Part shown: positions 8,042 to 18,411 of the stretch, piece after piece | Position numbering within the stretch: the stretch's first letter is position 1 | Layout: each line of letters begins with the position of its first letter | Source of the DNA: Chitinophagales bacterium | GTDB taxonomy: Bacteria; Bacteroidota; Bacteroidia; Chitinophagales; LD1 | Direction of reading: 5' to 3' | DNA length: 64,000 nucleotides | Assembly (NCBI GenBank): GCA_019638515.1 | Contig: JAHBTS010000002.1 | Span: forward strand, 239,558-303,557 | The notes under the pieces: model-generated | Databases searched by the model: none | Seen by the model: the letters and a program-made list of their open reading frames with translations, nothing else | Told to the model about the DNA's origin: nothing | Translations under genes and position numbers: made by a program

Positions 8042-10184
8042 CAGTTTTAAAGATATTGCCAATGCCGCGTTTTAGTCGCTGCAAAGTTTCTATACTCTTA
8101 CTCAGCGGCTCTGCCGTAATATCATCAAAGCGTTCAATTACATAACGTTGCCCAAACTGCTGAGGGTAAATAATAATTCTGCTATTGGCAGAAAAATGTT
8201 TTTCAAGTTTTAATGGTAAGTTTTCAAGAGCCGGCATGTATGAAGCCGTGCCTTTGCGGGCAGAAACTAGAACAAACAAATCGGCTTCGCGTATGTTTCT
8301 GGCAAGAATTAAAAAATCGTCCCAGTCAGAAAAATTTGTAACAGATCTTGATGCGGCTAGCTTGGCGCGATTAAATACACTTTCTACATGTTTTTGGGTT
8401 GCCTCGTTGCAGTATAATTCTATAGGAATGCTTAGCTCTTGTGCCAAACGCGCAACCTTTGTAAGCCAGTGTTCAAAACCTTTTTCGTGCTCGGTAAGCG
8501 GAGGTGCAGCCACCACAATGCGCTTATGTAAAATCAATGGTTTATCTAAATGGCATATATAAATACTCTTGTCGGTATTGCTCAAAATGTTATCCAATTT
8601 CTCGCCTATCAATTTATCAATTAAACCGGTGCGTTTGGGCCAACCCATTACAATAATATCGGCCATAATTTCGCGCGAAATACGTGCAATACCACTGGCA
8701 GCATTGTGATCTATAGTTGTAATAATATCTACTTTAGTTTCAGATGCCGAAGCTTGCTTTACAAATTCTTCCAGCTTATTGCGAGCCTTTAGGATATTAA
8801 CTTCGGCTTCATCGTTATTTGAAACTACTGTAAGTATAGAAAGTGGATTTACAGACTTTTTATCTTTAATGAAAGAAGAGAACTCCAACACTTTTTCAAT
8901 GTTCTGCATATTGGCAGTTGGCAGCAAAATATGCTCATTGTGTATGCCATTTGCCTTCACTAAATCGGCTGTATTATCTTCGGTTTCAACTATAATTTCT
9001 TTAGCTGCTTTTTCGGTAGCAAATGAAGCTACAATACAAGTTATGAGTATTAAAATAATAGTGCCGTTCAAAATGTTTTCATCTAAAATTTTAGCCTCGT
9101 AACCCACCAAAATTACGGCAAGCGTAGCAGCAGCATGTGCTCCACTTAAACCAAAAATAAGTTGGCGCTGCGCCTTGGAGTACTTAAAAATAATCTGTGA
9201 AAAAAGTGCCGCCAACCACTTACCCAACAAGGCAACTACCGAAAGTGTTCCTGCAACAATAAGCGCAGTAGGGCCACTCAAAATTACACTTACATCAACC
9301 AGCATTCCCACACTAATAAGAAAAAACGGTATAAAGAGTGAATTGCCAATAAACTCAATTCTATTCATTAAAGCCGATGAATGAGGAATTAGTTTATTAA
9401 GCGCCAAACCCGCCACGAATGCTCCAATAATTGCTTCAACCCCTGCAAGCTCAGCCAAGAAGGCCGCAAAAAACACCACTGCCAATACAAAGATATAATG
9501 CGAGTGTTTTTCGCTTTCCAACTTTTGAAAGAACCATTTGGCTATACGCGGAATAACTAAAAACATAATAGCCGAAAAAACTGCCAACGAAATACCCAAG
9601 CGAATCCAAAACTCTTGGTTTAAATTTCCCTGGCTGCTGCCAATAATTACGGCCAAAATGATGAGCACCGCAGTATCGGTTAATATGGTACCACCAACCG
9701 TAATGGCTACTGCTTGGTTTTTAGAAACACCCAATTTACTTACAATAGGATACGCTACCAATGTGTGGGTGGCAAACATGCTGGCAGTTAAAAAGCTGGC
9801 ATTAAAATCGTAACCTAAAAAATAGTAACAAACCGGAAAGCCTATTGAAATTGGAATAATAAATGTAAAGAATCCAAAAACTAAACTCTTATTCCTATTG
9901 GCCTTAAACTCATTTAAGTCTAACTCCAATCCTGCAATAAACATAATATACAACAACCCAATGGTTGAAAACAGGTTGATGGCAGCATTCTTTTCAAGTA
10001 CATTTAAGCCATAAGGCCCAATAACTACACCCGAAATAATCAACCCAATAATACCCGGAATGTTGATACGCCTGAGTAAAATGGGCGATAGCAAAATAAT
10101 AAACAGTATGAGCGAAAATATGAGTACCGGATTTTTAAGTGGTATTTCAAATTCATGCAATAGGTGGTTAAAAAATTCTTCCAT
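8022..10184 (-). CDS. cation:proton antiporter (CPA-type) with large cytoplasmic C-terminal domain (USP-like repeats)
   Basis: 720 aa. The N-terminal ~400 aa are polytopic (..GLELDLNEF.., many TM helices). The C-terminal ~300 aa are soluble, with two alpha/beta halves resembling universal-stress-protein domains (ILLPTAN..., IVVAAPP...). Confidence 0.8.
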   Translation of the reverse strand: MEEFFNHLLHEFEIPLKNPVLIFSLILFIILLSPILLRRINIPGIIGLIISGVVIGPYGLNVLEKNAAINLFSTIGLLYIMFIAGLELDLNEFKANRNKSLVFGFFTFIIPISIGFPVCYYFLGYDFNASFLTASMFATHTLVAYPIVSKLGVSKNQAVAITVGGTILTDTAVLIILAVIIGSSQGNLNQEFWIRLGISLAVFSAIMFLVIPRIAKWFFQKLESEKHSHYIFVLAVVFFAAFLAELAGVEAIIGAFVAGLALNKLIPHSSALMNRIEFIGNSLFIPFFLISVGMLVDVSVILSGPTALIVAGTLSVVALLGKWLAALFSQIIFKYSKAQRQLIFGLSGAHAAATLAVILVGYEAKILDENILNGTIILILITCIVASFATEKAAKEIIVETEDNTADLVKANGIHNEHILLPTANMQNIEKVLEFSSFIKDKKSVNPLSILTVVSNNDEAEVNILKARNKLEEFVKQASASETKVDIITTIDHNAASGIARISREIMADIIVMGWPKRTGLIDKLIGEKLDNILSNTDKSIYICHLDKPLILHKRIVVAAPPLTEHEKGFEHWLTKVARLAQELSIPIELYCNEATQKHVESVFNRAKLAASRSVTNFSDWDDFLILARNIREADLFVLVSARKGTASYMPALENLPLKLEKHFSANSRIIIYPQQFGQRYVIERFDDITAEPLSKSIETLQRLKRGIGNIFKTDGGEAN

Positions 10185-10420
10185 GATTGTTTTGTCGGTT
10201 TGGCATTTCGTTGGTTGCAGCAGTTACTGGCTGCCATTCAAGCCCCGCAAAAGTATTGCTATGCTAAAGGATGCAATTGTTTTGCAAAACGAAACACGCT
10301 AAAAAAATAAAAGGTTTTTAAGGTTTTTTGCAGCGCTGAAAGTAACAACATTTTCTACTTCATTGCTTACATTATTCTTAAAAATTGCTCTGTGCTTTTA
10401 CGCGTGCTGCACAAAAGAAA

Positions 10421-11365
10421 TTAGAACCAGTTTTTCTTTACAAAAAACCATGCCATTGCCATAGAAGTAAGTATGGTAATACTAAAAATCACAATAAAAG
10501 CATATGGCTCCGATTCTAATGGCAGCGGTACGTTCATTCCATAAAAACTGGCAATGAGCGTGGGCACCATAAGCACAATGGTTACGGATGTAAGGCGTTT
10601 CATTACACCGTTCAAGTTATTGCTGATAATACTGGCAAAAGTATCCATTGTACCGTTTAAGATATTACTATACATTTCACTCATCTCCAATGCCTGTGAG
10701 TTTTCAATTACAATATCATTCAACCAATCTAATTTTTCTTCTTCCTTTATTCGTAAGAAGTTGCTTCGCTGCGTTTTCATCATCATCAACTCGTTACTTC
10801 TAATATTGGTAACAAAGTAAATAAGGCTCTTTTGGATATTGAGCAAGTTGGCAAGATCTTCGTTTCGCGAACTGTAATACAATTCTTTTTCGTAAGCATA
10901 TCGCCTATTGTTCAAATTCTTCAAGAAGTCTTGAAACATCATTACGTTTCTTTCAAAAATGTGTAGAATAAAAGATTCCACATCATTGGTAAAGAAATTC
11001 TTTGGTGGCGTTTCCATAAAATAATTTATTACCGGATTGCGATGTGCGCTAATGGTAATAATGTTTTCTGCCGTGCGAATAATACCGATTGGAATGGTAA
11101 TGTAAATAGCCTCGCTATCGGTAATACCTGTATTGCGGACGGGTGTTTTCAATACAATTAAATCCACACCGTCTTCACTTTCGTAGCGCGAGCGTTCGTC
11201 TATATCCAACGAGTCGGTAATAAAGTCTAATTCTACAGAAAGCCTTTCTGAAAGCTCGTGTGTTTCTTCGCTGTTAAACGGACCGTAAAGATTTATCCAG
11301 CAGCCGGGTTCCAAAGATGGTAGTTGTTGTAGGCTGCCATTCTGTTTTTTCAGATAGGTTATCAT
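10421..11365 (-). CDS. corA: CorA-family magnesium/cobalt transporter
   Basis: 314 aa; C-terminal TM pair with the YGMNV (GMN) signature: LIASFYGMNVPLP. Confidence 0.85.
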   Translation of the reverse strand: MITYLKKQNGSLQQLPSLEPGCWINLYGPFNSEETHELSERLSVELDFITDSLDIDERSRYESEDGVDLIVLKTPVRNTGITDSEAIYITIPIGIIRTAENIITISAHRNPVINYFMETPPKNFFTNDVESFILHIFERNVMMFQDFLKNLNNRRYAYEKELYYSSRNEDLANLLNIQKSLIYFVTNIRSNELMMMKTQRSNFLRIKEEEKLDWLNDIVIENSQALEMSEMYSNILNGTMDTFASIISNNLNGVMKRLTSVTIVLMVPTLIASFYGMNVPLPLESEPYAFIVIFSITILTSMAMAWFFVKKNWF

Positions 11366-11475
11366 AACTTCCCATTCCCGTGAGTTTCGTTAAACAATAT
11401 GCTTCATGCACCATTAGGTAAAAAAGCGCACGAAGGTAGTTATTTTTACAAAAGATAAAAGGGATTTTCCTAAAA

Positions 11476-13017
11476 CTATTCCCATTCAATAGTTGCGGGT
11501 GGCTTACTGCTAATATCATACACTACTCGGTTTACGCCACGCACTTTATTGATAATATCGTTGGAAGTTTTAGCTAAGAAATCATGTGGTAGCCTGCTCC
11601 AATCGGCTGTCATTCCATCGGTAGAATTAACTGCACGAAGCGCTACCATGTTTTCGTAAGTACGCTCATCGCCCATTACGCCTACACTTTTAACCGAAGT
11701 AAGAATTGCTCCCGCCTGCCATACTTGGTCGTATAGCCCAAATGATTTTAAGTTGCTGATATAGATATCGTCTGCTTCTTGAAGAGTATTTACTTTTTCG
11801 GGAGTAATATCGCCCAAAATACGAACCGCTAAACCGGGACCGGGAAATGGGTGGCGATTTAATATATCGGGATGTAAGTTCAATTCTTTTCCGGCTTTGC
11901 GCACTTCATCTTTAAAAAGGAAACGAAGCGGCTCTACAATTTTCAATTTTAACCTTTCGGGCAATCCGCCAACATTGTGATGCGATTTTATGGTGGCTGA
12001 AGGCCCTTTTACACTTACGCTTTCTATTACATCGGGATAAATAGTGCCTTGTGCCAACCACTTTACTTCCGGATGCTTTTTTGCTTCTTCTTCAAATACT
12101 TCTACGAATACTCTTCCTATAATTTTGCGCTTTTGCTCCGGATCCGACACGCCACTTAACTCTTTCAAAAAAACATCTCCGGCTCTTACGCCTACAACGT
12201 TTAAGCCAAGGTGTTCATATTGCTCAAGTACTTGCTCAAACTCATTTTTGCGCAACAAACCATTATCTACAAACACACACAAAAGATTTTTTCCTACAGC
12301 TTTATGCAATAGCAAAGCAGCTACCGAAGAATCTACTCCGCCACTTAATCCAAGTAATACATGTTCGCTTTGCAACTTACTTTTAAGTTCGGCAATAGTT
12401 TCTTCTACAAACGAGGCAGGCGTCCAACCTTGGCTGCAACCGCATACTTCAAACAAAAAGTTGTTGAGAATTTTATGTCCTTCTGTGCTGTGATATACTT
12501 CCGGATGAAACTGCAAAGCATAAACTTTATTTGCAAAAGAGCCTTCTCTAGACTTAAATGCGGCTACTACTTTAGAATCGCTTTCTGCCACCAATTCAAA
12601 CTGATTGCCTATGCTGCGAATAGTATCTCCGTGGCTCATCCAAACCTGGCTGTAGTTGCTTACCTGCTGCATCAGCGTATCGCTCAGATTGGTTATTTCT
12701 AAATGCGCTCTTCCATATTCGCGTTTATCGCTCTTTTCTACACTGCCGCCATTTTGCTTGGCAAGCAACTGTGCGCCATAGCAAACTCCCAACAATGGTT
12801 TTTGAGCTATTAGTTTTAGCGTATCTACAAATGGAGCATCGGGATCGTTTACGCTCGATGGACTACCACTTAAAATAATGCCTTTAACATCGCTGCTTAT
12901 TTCGGGCAAATGATTGAAAGGAACAATTTCGCAGTACACTGCGCTTTCGCGTACTCTGCGTGCAATAAGTTGTGTGTATTGTGAGCCAAAATCTACAATA
13001 AGAATTTTTTCGTGCAT
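11476..13017 (-). CDS. guaA: GMP synthase (glutamine-hydrolysing)
   Basis: 513 aa. N-terminal GATase ([10 protein letters not shown]), ATP-PPase SGGVDSSV motif, and conserved C-terminus ..[11 protein letters not shown]. Confidence 0.97.
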   Translation of the reverse strand: MHEKILIVDFGSQYTQLIARRVRESAVYCEIVPFNHLPEISSDVKGIILSGSPSSVNDPDAPFVDTLKLIAQKPLLGVCYGAQLLAKQNGGSVEKSDKREYGRAHLEITNLSDTLMQQVSNYSQVWMSHGDTIRSIGNQFELVAESDSKVVAAFKSREGSFANKVYALQFHPEVYHSTEGHKILNNFLFEVCGCSQGWTPASFVEETIAELKSKLQSEHVLLGLSGGVDSSVAALLLHKAVGKNLLCVFVDNGLLRKNEFEQVLEQYEHLGLNVVGVRAGDVFLKELSGVSDPEQKRKIIGRVFVEVFEEEAKKHPEVKWLAQGTIYPDVIESVSVKGPSATIKSHHNVGGLPERLKLKIVEPLRFLFKDEVRKAGKELNLHPDILNRHPFPGPGLAVRILGDITPEKVNTLQEADDIYISNLKSFGLYDQVWQAGAILTSVKSVGVMGDERTYENMVALRAVNSTDGMTADWSRLPHDFLAKTSNDIINKVRGVNRVVYDISSKPPATIEWE

Positions 13018-13070
13018 GGGCGCGAAATAAATTGTTCTTATTGAAACAAAAAGGGGATTTTATCCTCTAC

Positions 13071-13952
13071 TTAAAACAAACCGTAAAGTTCTGCATCTAT
13101 TTTGCGAATAACCTCTCCAAGTGCATTCTTATCATCGGCAAAGTTTACTTTATCCACATCTATCACCAATAGTTTGCCATCGGTGTACGAAGTAATCCAT
13201 TTTTCGTAGTACTCATTGAGTCTTCTTAGATAATCGAGGCGAAGGTTATCTTCGTATTCTCTTCCTCTGCGCTGAATTTGGTTTACCAATGTTGGTACCG
13301 ATGCCTTTAGATAAATCAATAAATCCGGTGGCTTAATTAAGCCGCTAACAGTTTCAAACAAACTGCGGTAGTTTTCAAAATCGCGCGAACTCATTAGCCC
13401 CATTGCATGTAAATTGGGTGCAAAAATATGGGCATCTTCGTGTATGGTTCTATCTTGAATTACAATTTCTTCTCCGTTTTGTATTTCTACAATTTGCTTA
13501 AAGCGCTTGTTTAGAAAATATACTTGCAGATTAAAACTCCAGCGCGGCATATCTTCATAAAAATCGTTGAGGTATGGATTATTCTCTACGTCTTCAAATT
13601 GGGGCAACCATCCGTAATGCTTAGATAGCTGCTGGGTTAAAGTAGTTTTCCCTGAACCTATATTTCCTGCTATGGCAACATGCTTAATGCTTTTAGGCAC
13701 GGCACCCATAGGCTTCTTTTCTGCTGCTGGCTTTGCTTGTGGCTTTACTGCTTTGGCAGCAGGAGTTTTCTTTTCTACCGCTGCACCTTTTTTAGCAACG
13801 GGTTTGGCTACAGCTTTGGCAGGAGTCTTTTTGGCTACTGCCTTTTTAGCGGGCGCTACCTTTTTAGCAACTGCTTTTTTTGCAGGAGCAGGTTTGGCTG
13901 CCGCAGCTTTAGTGATAGTTTTTTTCTTTGAAACAGGTTTAGCTTTTGCCAT
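13071..13952 (-). CDS. deoxynucleoside kinase with Ala/Lys/Pro-rich N-terminal extension
   Basis: Kinase core from M82: IAGNIGSGKTTLTQQL (P-loop), ENPYLNDFYEDMPRWSFNLQVYFLNKRF, QDRTIHED. An in-frame 81-codon AKP-rich extension lies upstream. The alternative start is ATG 13709. Confidence 0.85.
   Translation of the reverse strand: MAKAKPVSKKKTITKAAAAKPAPAKKAVAKKVAPAKKAVAKKTPAKAVAKPVAKKGAAVEKKTPAAKAVKPQAKPAAEKKPMGAVPKSIKHVAIAGNIGSGKTTLTQQLSKHYGWLPQFEDVENNPYLNDFYEDMPRWSFNLQVYFLNKRFKQIVEIQNGEEIVIQDRTIHEDAHIFAPNLHAMGLMSSRDFENYRSLFETVSGLIKPPDLLIYLKASVPTLVNQIQRRGREYEDNLRLDYLRRLNEYYEKWITSYTDGKLLVIDVDKVNFADDKNALGEVIRKIDAELYGLF
13698..13952 (-). repeat. low-complexity coding repeat (AKKAVAKK.. histone H1-like tail)
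   Basis: PAKKAVAKKVAPAKKAVAKKTPAKAVAKPVAKK; reiterated GCN/AAR codons. Confidence 0.8.
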
Positions 13953-13996
13953 AGGAATTTGCTTGCGTGTGTCGAAAATAAAAATTTGTTATTCGC

Positions 13997-14992
13997 TTAA
14001 AACTTTTTGAAGCCTATTATTTCGCGTACATCATTTAAAGTTTTTTGTGCGCTTAATCTTGCCTTCTCTCCGCCTTCATTCAATACGCTATTTAAATACT
14101 TTTCATCGGCAGAAATTTCTTTAATACGCTCACGAATAGGAGCTATAAATTTCACCATATCTTCTCCCAATTGCTTTTTAAAATCGCCATATCGAATGGT
14201 ACATCCATTGTAAGCATCATCGAAGAACTTATACGTATCGTTTGTAGAAATCAACTTCATAATATCAAACAAATTCTGAACAGCGGTTGCCTTTGGTGAA
14301 TTTTGAGCCGTGGGACCTGAGTCGGTAACTGCACGCATCATTTTTTTCCTGATAGCATCGTCTTCATCGTCTAAAAAGATTACAGAATTTTCTCCCTTAG
14401 ATTTACTCATCTTTCCTTCGCCTTCTAAACTCGGCACACTCATTAGCGCTTCACCAAAGGTAAATGCTTGCGGCTCCGGAAAGTACGAAACATTATACAA
14501 GTGATTAAAGCGGTTGGCAAAAGTGCGTGTCATTTCTAAATGTTGCTGTTGATCTTTCCCCACCGGAACTTTCAACGCACGGTGCACAATAATATCTACC
14601 GCCATCAACACCGGATAGGTAAGCAACCCGGCATTAACATTATCGGGCTGGCTGCGCACCTTTTCTTTAAAGGTAGTGGCACGCTCCAATTCGCCCAAAT
14701 ATGCCAGCATATTAAACACCAAATATAATTCCGGAATTTGCGGAACATCGCTTTGCCTATACAACACACATTTGCTCGGGTCTAAACCACATGCCAAATA
14801 CTCCACAATGGTTTGGCGCACATTGGCACTTAAATCGGCAGGATTGGGATGCGTGGTAAGAGAATGAAAATCTGCAATAAAGAAATAGCAGTTAAACTGC
14901 TCCTGCATTTCAACAAAATTTTTAACTGCGCCAAAATAATTACCAATGTGTTGGCGATTGGTTGGCCGAACTCCGCTTACAACTGTTTCCAC
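13997..14992 (-). CDS. trpS: tryptophan--tRNA ligase
   Basis: 331 aa; class I signatures (..RQHIGNYFGA.. HIGH-like, KMSKS present as GKMSKSKG). Confidence 0.95.
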   Translation of the reverse strand: METVVSGVRPTNRQHIGNYFGAVKNFVEMQEQFNCYFFIADFHSLTTHPNPADLSANVRQTIVEYLACGLDPSKCVLYRQSDVPQIPELYLVFNMLAYLGELERATTFKEKVRSQPDNVNAGLLTYPVLMAVDIIVHRALKVPVGKDQQQHLEMTRTFANRFNHLYNVSYFPEPQAFTFGEALMSVPSLEGEGKMSKSKGENSVIFLDDEDDAIRKKMMRAVTDSGPTAQNSPKATAVQNLFDIMKLISTNDTYKFFDDAYNGCTIRYGDFKKQLGEDMVKFIAPIRERIKEISADEKYLNSVLNEGGEKARLSAQKTLNDVREIIGFKKF

Positions 14993-15099
14993 TTTCTATA
15001 TCTATTTTCTTTTAGAAATACAACAATTTATGGCAAGCATAAAATGAATCATTTTCTACTTGCTACACTTTCTTATTTTTGCGCGAAGCTAAACGAAAT

Positions 15100-15390
15100 A
15101 TGAAGATAGACAACGCCTTAGTGGAACGATTGGCAGAACTTTCAAAATTAGAGTTTGAAACCGAAGAAAAAGAACGCATAAAAAAAGACCTTCAAAATAT
15201 TTTTGATTTGGTTGAAAAACTAAGCGAAGTGAATGTGGAAGGTGTAGAACCCCTAGTCTATATGAGCGATGAAGCCAATGTGTTGCGCCACGATGCCGTA
15301 CAGGGACAAATTTCTAAAGCTGAAGCACTTTTAAACGCACCGCAAAAAGATTCCGATTATTTTAAAGTGCCTAAGGTTATTAAAAAATAA
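15100..15390 (+). CDS. gatC: Asp-tRNA(Asn)/Glu-tRNA(Gln) amidotransferase subunit C
   Basis: MKIDNALVERLAELSKLEFETEEKERIKKDLQNIFDLVEKLSEVNVEGVEPL is the typical GatC pattern. ATG 15100 is preferred over the TTG at 15079. Confidence 0.9.
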   Translation: MKIDNALVERLAELSKLEFETEEKERIKKDLQNIFDLVEKLSEVNVEGVEPLVYMSDEANVLRHDAVQGQISKAEALLNAPQKDSDYFKVPKVIKK

Positions 15391-15395
15391 AAATA

Positions 15396-16409
15396 CTATC
15401 TGTATTCCTCTTTGTAAATGCCGATAAGCGTAATAAAATAAGCAATTAACAACGGTCCAAAAATAATACCTGTAAAGCCAAAAATTTCTAAGCCAATCAA
15501 CACTCCAAAAAAGGTAATTAGTGGATGAATATCTGCCATCCTTTTTTGTACTGCAAAGCGAAAAACATTATCTATGTTAGAGATAACCAATAAGCCATAA
15601 AGTGCTAAAAGAATTGCACCAACGTGGCTTCCGGTAAAATAAACATACACACTCAGCGGAATCCAAACTATGGTAGAACCCACCACTGGAATTACAGAAA
15701 ACAAACCGGTAATTACCGCCCACAACAAAGGCTCATCTACGCCAAATATCCAATAGCCAACACCTGCAAATACAGCCTGAATAAAACCCAAGAGTGGAAT
15801 ACCAATTGCATTGGATAGAGTCATCTTCTTTAACTCCGATAATAGTTTTTGAGTAGTGCTTTCCGAAAAAATAGAATAACTCCTCACCCACTTTTCAAAA
15901 TTTCTTGCACTCGAAAGCATAAAGAATAGCACAAAATACATAATGGCTATTTGCGCTACCATATTAACTGTAGAAGACAAAATACCCGGAATAAATCCTG
16001 CGGCTGTACTCGATATTTGGGCAATACTATCGCTCGATAATATATCTACTCCGGTTAGCCCCGTAACTAGATCCACTTTGCTTTTCACCATCTCCAAAAT
16101 TTCCTCGTATCGATCAATTACTATTGCCACTTTGCCAGCCAGCATTACCAATGTAAGCCACACAGGCAATAGCAATATCATAAATGAAAAAAGAAAAATC
16201 AATACTATAGAAAAGATTGCCTTCCACTTCCGTTGCTCGGTAAGAAAGAAGTGTACGGGACGAAAAAGTATATACAACACCAGCGCACCCAATACACCGC
16301 TCAAATATGTTTCGAGATAATAAAACAGCAACACACCTAAAAAGGTTAGCAATGCAACAAAAGCAAGTTGCTTAATGGTGGAAGAAGAAATGGGCGATTG
16401 AACACTCAT
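15396..16409 (-). CDS. AI-2E family transporter (PerM/UPF0118)
   Basis: 337 aa polytopic membrane protein with an AI-2E-like layout (..VIPVVGSTIVWIPL.., C-terminal GPLLIAY). Confidence 0.8.
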   Translation of the reverse strand: MSVQSPISSSTIKQLAFVALLTFLGVLLFYYLETYLSGVLGALVLYILFRPVHFFLTEQRKWKAIFSIVLIFLFSFMILLLPVWLTLVMLAGKVAIVIDRYEEILEMVKSKVDLVTGLTGVDILSSDSIAQISSTAAGFIPGILSSTVNMVAQIAIMYFVLFFMLSSARNFEKWVRSYSIFSESTTQKLLSELKKMTLSNAIGIPLLGFIQAVFAGVGYWIFGVDEPLLWAVITGLFSVIPVVGSTIVWIPLSVYVYFTGSHVGAILLALYGLLVISNIDNVFRFAVQKRMADIHPLITFFGVLIGLEIFGFTGIIFGPLLIAYFITLIGIYKEEYR

Positions 16410-16449
16410 ACAATAATCGGTGGCAGTTTAAAATTGTTTTAAAATAGCA

Positions 16450-17889
16450 TTAGTATTTCACACAAATATTTTTTGCTTCTGTAAAAAAGCGCATAGCATC
16501 TAAACCTCCTTCTCTGCCAACGCCACTTTGTTTCACTCCACCAAATGGCGTTCTTAAATCGCGGTGCAGCCAGCAGTTAATCCACACCACGCCTGCTTCT
16601 ACTTTTTCTGCAATGCTATTGGCTTTAGATATATTGCTTGTCCACACACTGCATGCCAAACCATAAGGCACACTATTTGCCATTTCCAACACTTCTGCTT
16701 CTGTATGAAAAGGTGTAAGCGTTACTACCGGACCAAAAATTTCTTCTTGTTGAGTGCGGCAAGTGTGCGGTAAGTTCTCAAACACCGTAGGTTGAATAAA
16801 AAAACCAGCATGGCATCTTCCCTCTAGTTGTACGGCATTGCCACCGCACAGCACCTTTCCTCCTTCCTGCTTTGCCAATTCAATATAGCTTAATACTTTA
16901 TTAAAATGCTGCTCCGAAACTATAGCGCCAAGATTAGTATCACTTTGTTGCGGGTCGCCTACTTTCAACTTATTTACTTCTGCAACAAAGGCTTGTTTAA
17001 ATTTTTCATACAAAGCAGCTTCTACAAAAATACGAGAACCACAAAGGCAAATTTCGCCTTGGTTGCTAAACGATGCCCGCACTACATTCTTTACTGTATT
17101 TTCAAAATCGCAATCGCCAAAAACAATCGTTGGATTTTTACCTCCTAACTCCAACGACACCTTTTTAAACATAGGAGCTGCTACTGCTGCTATGTGCTTT
17201 CCGGTTGCTGTGCCTCCGGTAAAACTAATTGCTTTTATGGCAGGATGCTCCACTATTGCTTGCCCCGCTTCGCTACCTAAGCCATGCACAATATTCAGCA
17301 CGCCTTTGGGTAAACCAGCTTCTATGCACACCTGCGAAAGCAAAAATGCAGTAAGTGGTGTTACTTCGCTTGGCTTTGCTACCACACAATTGCCGGCAGC
17401 AAGCGCAGGCGCTATTTTCCAACTAAAAAGATAAATAGGTAAATTCCAAGGCGAAATACAACCAACTACCCCCACAGCTTGCCGCAATGTATAGTTTATA
17501 GCATCGGGCATAGCATGGCTTTCCGAAGAAAACTGCTGTGCTGCCGCAGCAAAAAATCTAAAGTTAGAAACCGCTCTTGGTATATCTACGGCCTCGGCAA
17601 GTGCAAGAGGCTTACCTGAATCTTCGCTTTCCGCAGCCACAAATTCATGAAAGCGTGTTTCTATGCCATCTGCAATTTTTAGTAAATAAAGCATGCGTGC
17701 CTCACCCGGCAACTTGCTCCATTCGGCAAATGCCCGCTGTGCAGCCTCTACGGCAGCAACTACATCCTTGTTATTACTTCTTGGCAAAGTAGCCAACACC
17801 CTGCCGGTTGCAGGATTTATGGTATTGATAACACTGCCGGAAAATGAAGGCTGCAATATTCCATCAATGTAATTCGTAATTGCTAACAT
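16450..17889 (-). CDS. NAD(P)-dependent aldehyde dehydrogenase
   Basis: ELGGKNP and FSNQGEICLCGSRIFV (catalytic Cys) motifs. Start MLAITNYIDG at 17889 is preferred over 17934. Confidence 0.9.
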   Translation of the reverse strand: MLAITNYIDGILQPSFSGSVINTINPATGRVLATLPRSNNKDVVAAVEAAQRAFAEWSKLPGEARMLYLLKIADGIETRFHEFVAAESEDSGKPLALAEAVDIPRAVSNFRFFAAAAQQFSSESHAMPDAINYTLRQAVGVVGCISPWNLPIYLFSWKIAPALAAGNCVVAKPSEVTPLTAFLLSQVCIEAGLPKGVLNIVHGLGSEAGQAIVEHPAIKAISFTGGTATGKHIAAVAAPMFKKVSLELGGKNPTIVFGDCDFENTVKNVVRASFSNQGEICLCGSRIFVEAALYEKFKQAFVAEVNKLKVGDPQQSDTNLGAIVSEQHFNKVLSYIELAKQEGGKVLCGGNAVQLEGRCHAGFFIQPTVFENLPHTCRTQQEEIFGPVVTLTPFHTEAEVLEMANSVPYGLACSVWTSNISKANSIAEKVEAGVVWINCWLHRDLRTPFGGVKQSGVGREGGLDAMRFFTEAKNICVKY

Positions 17890-17943
17890 AAATGCCAAAC
17901 CTACACTAAAATTTTTTGTTACAATAGCGCACAAAATTCAGTA

Positions 17944-18408
17944 ATGAAAATTTTAATGGTTTGCTTGGGCAACATTTGCCGCTCGCCTATGGCACATGGT
18001 TTAATGGAAGAAAAAATTGGTAATCATCAATTGAACTGGCAAGTAGATTCTGCCGGCACCAGCAGTTTTCACCAAGGCGAAGCGCCCGATACGCGCGCCA
18101 TTACCTGCATGGAAAAACATGGAATAGATATATCCGCACAACAATCCAGACCATTTAGGAAAAATGATTTTGAGGATTTCGATTTAATATTCTGCATGGA
18201 TAAAATAAACCTACGTAATGTATTGTTGCTCGCACAACACAAAGAACATGCCGCCAAAGCCAAATTGATACTGCATGAAATCGAGGACGAACTTACAGAG
18301 GAAGTGCCCGATCCATACTACGATAGCTACAATGGATTTGAACATGTATTTGCATTGCTCAACAAGGCTACCGATGCTATTATTAAAAACTATACCAATG
18401 CCCAATAA
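17944..18408 (+). CDS. low-molecular-weight protein-tyrosine phosphatase
   Basis: N-terminal CLGNICRSP (CX5R-S) P-loop and DPYY near the C-terminus. Confidence 0.9.
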   Translation: MKILMVCLGNICRSPMAHGLMEEKIGNHQLNWQVDSAGTSSFHQGEAPDTRAITCMEKHGIDISAQQSRPFRKNDFEDFDLIFCMDKINLRNVLLLAQHKEHAAKAKLILHEIEDELTEEVPDPYYDSYNGFEHVFALLNKATDAIIKNYTNAQ

Positions 18409-18411
18409 CTT

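Noticed and set aside
13672-14010. Plus-strand ORFs (112 aa and 83 aa) across the trpS/dNK junction
   Set aside because: They are antisense to the Ala/Lys-rich tail of the dNK gene (GCN/AAR mirrored to low-complexity Phe/Ala/Gly). They have no start context or domain and span an intergenic gap.
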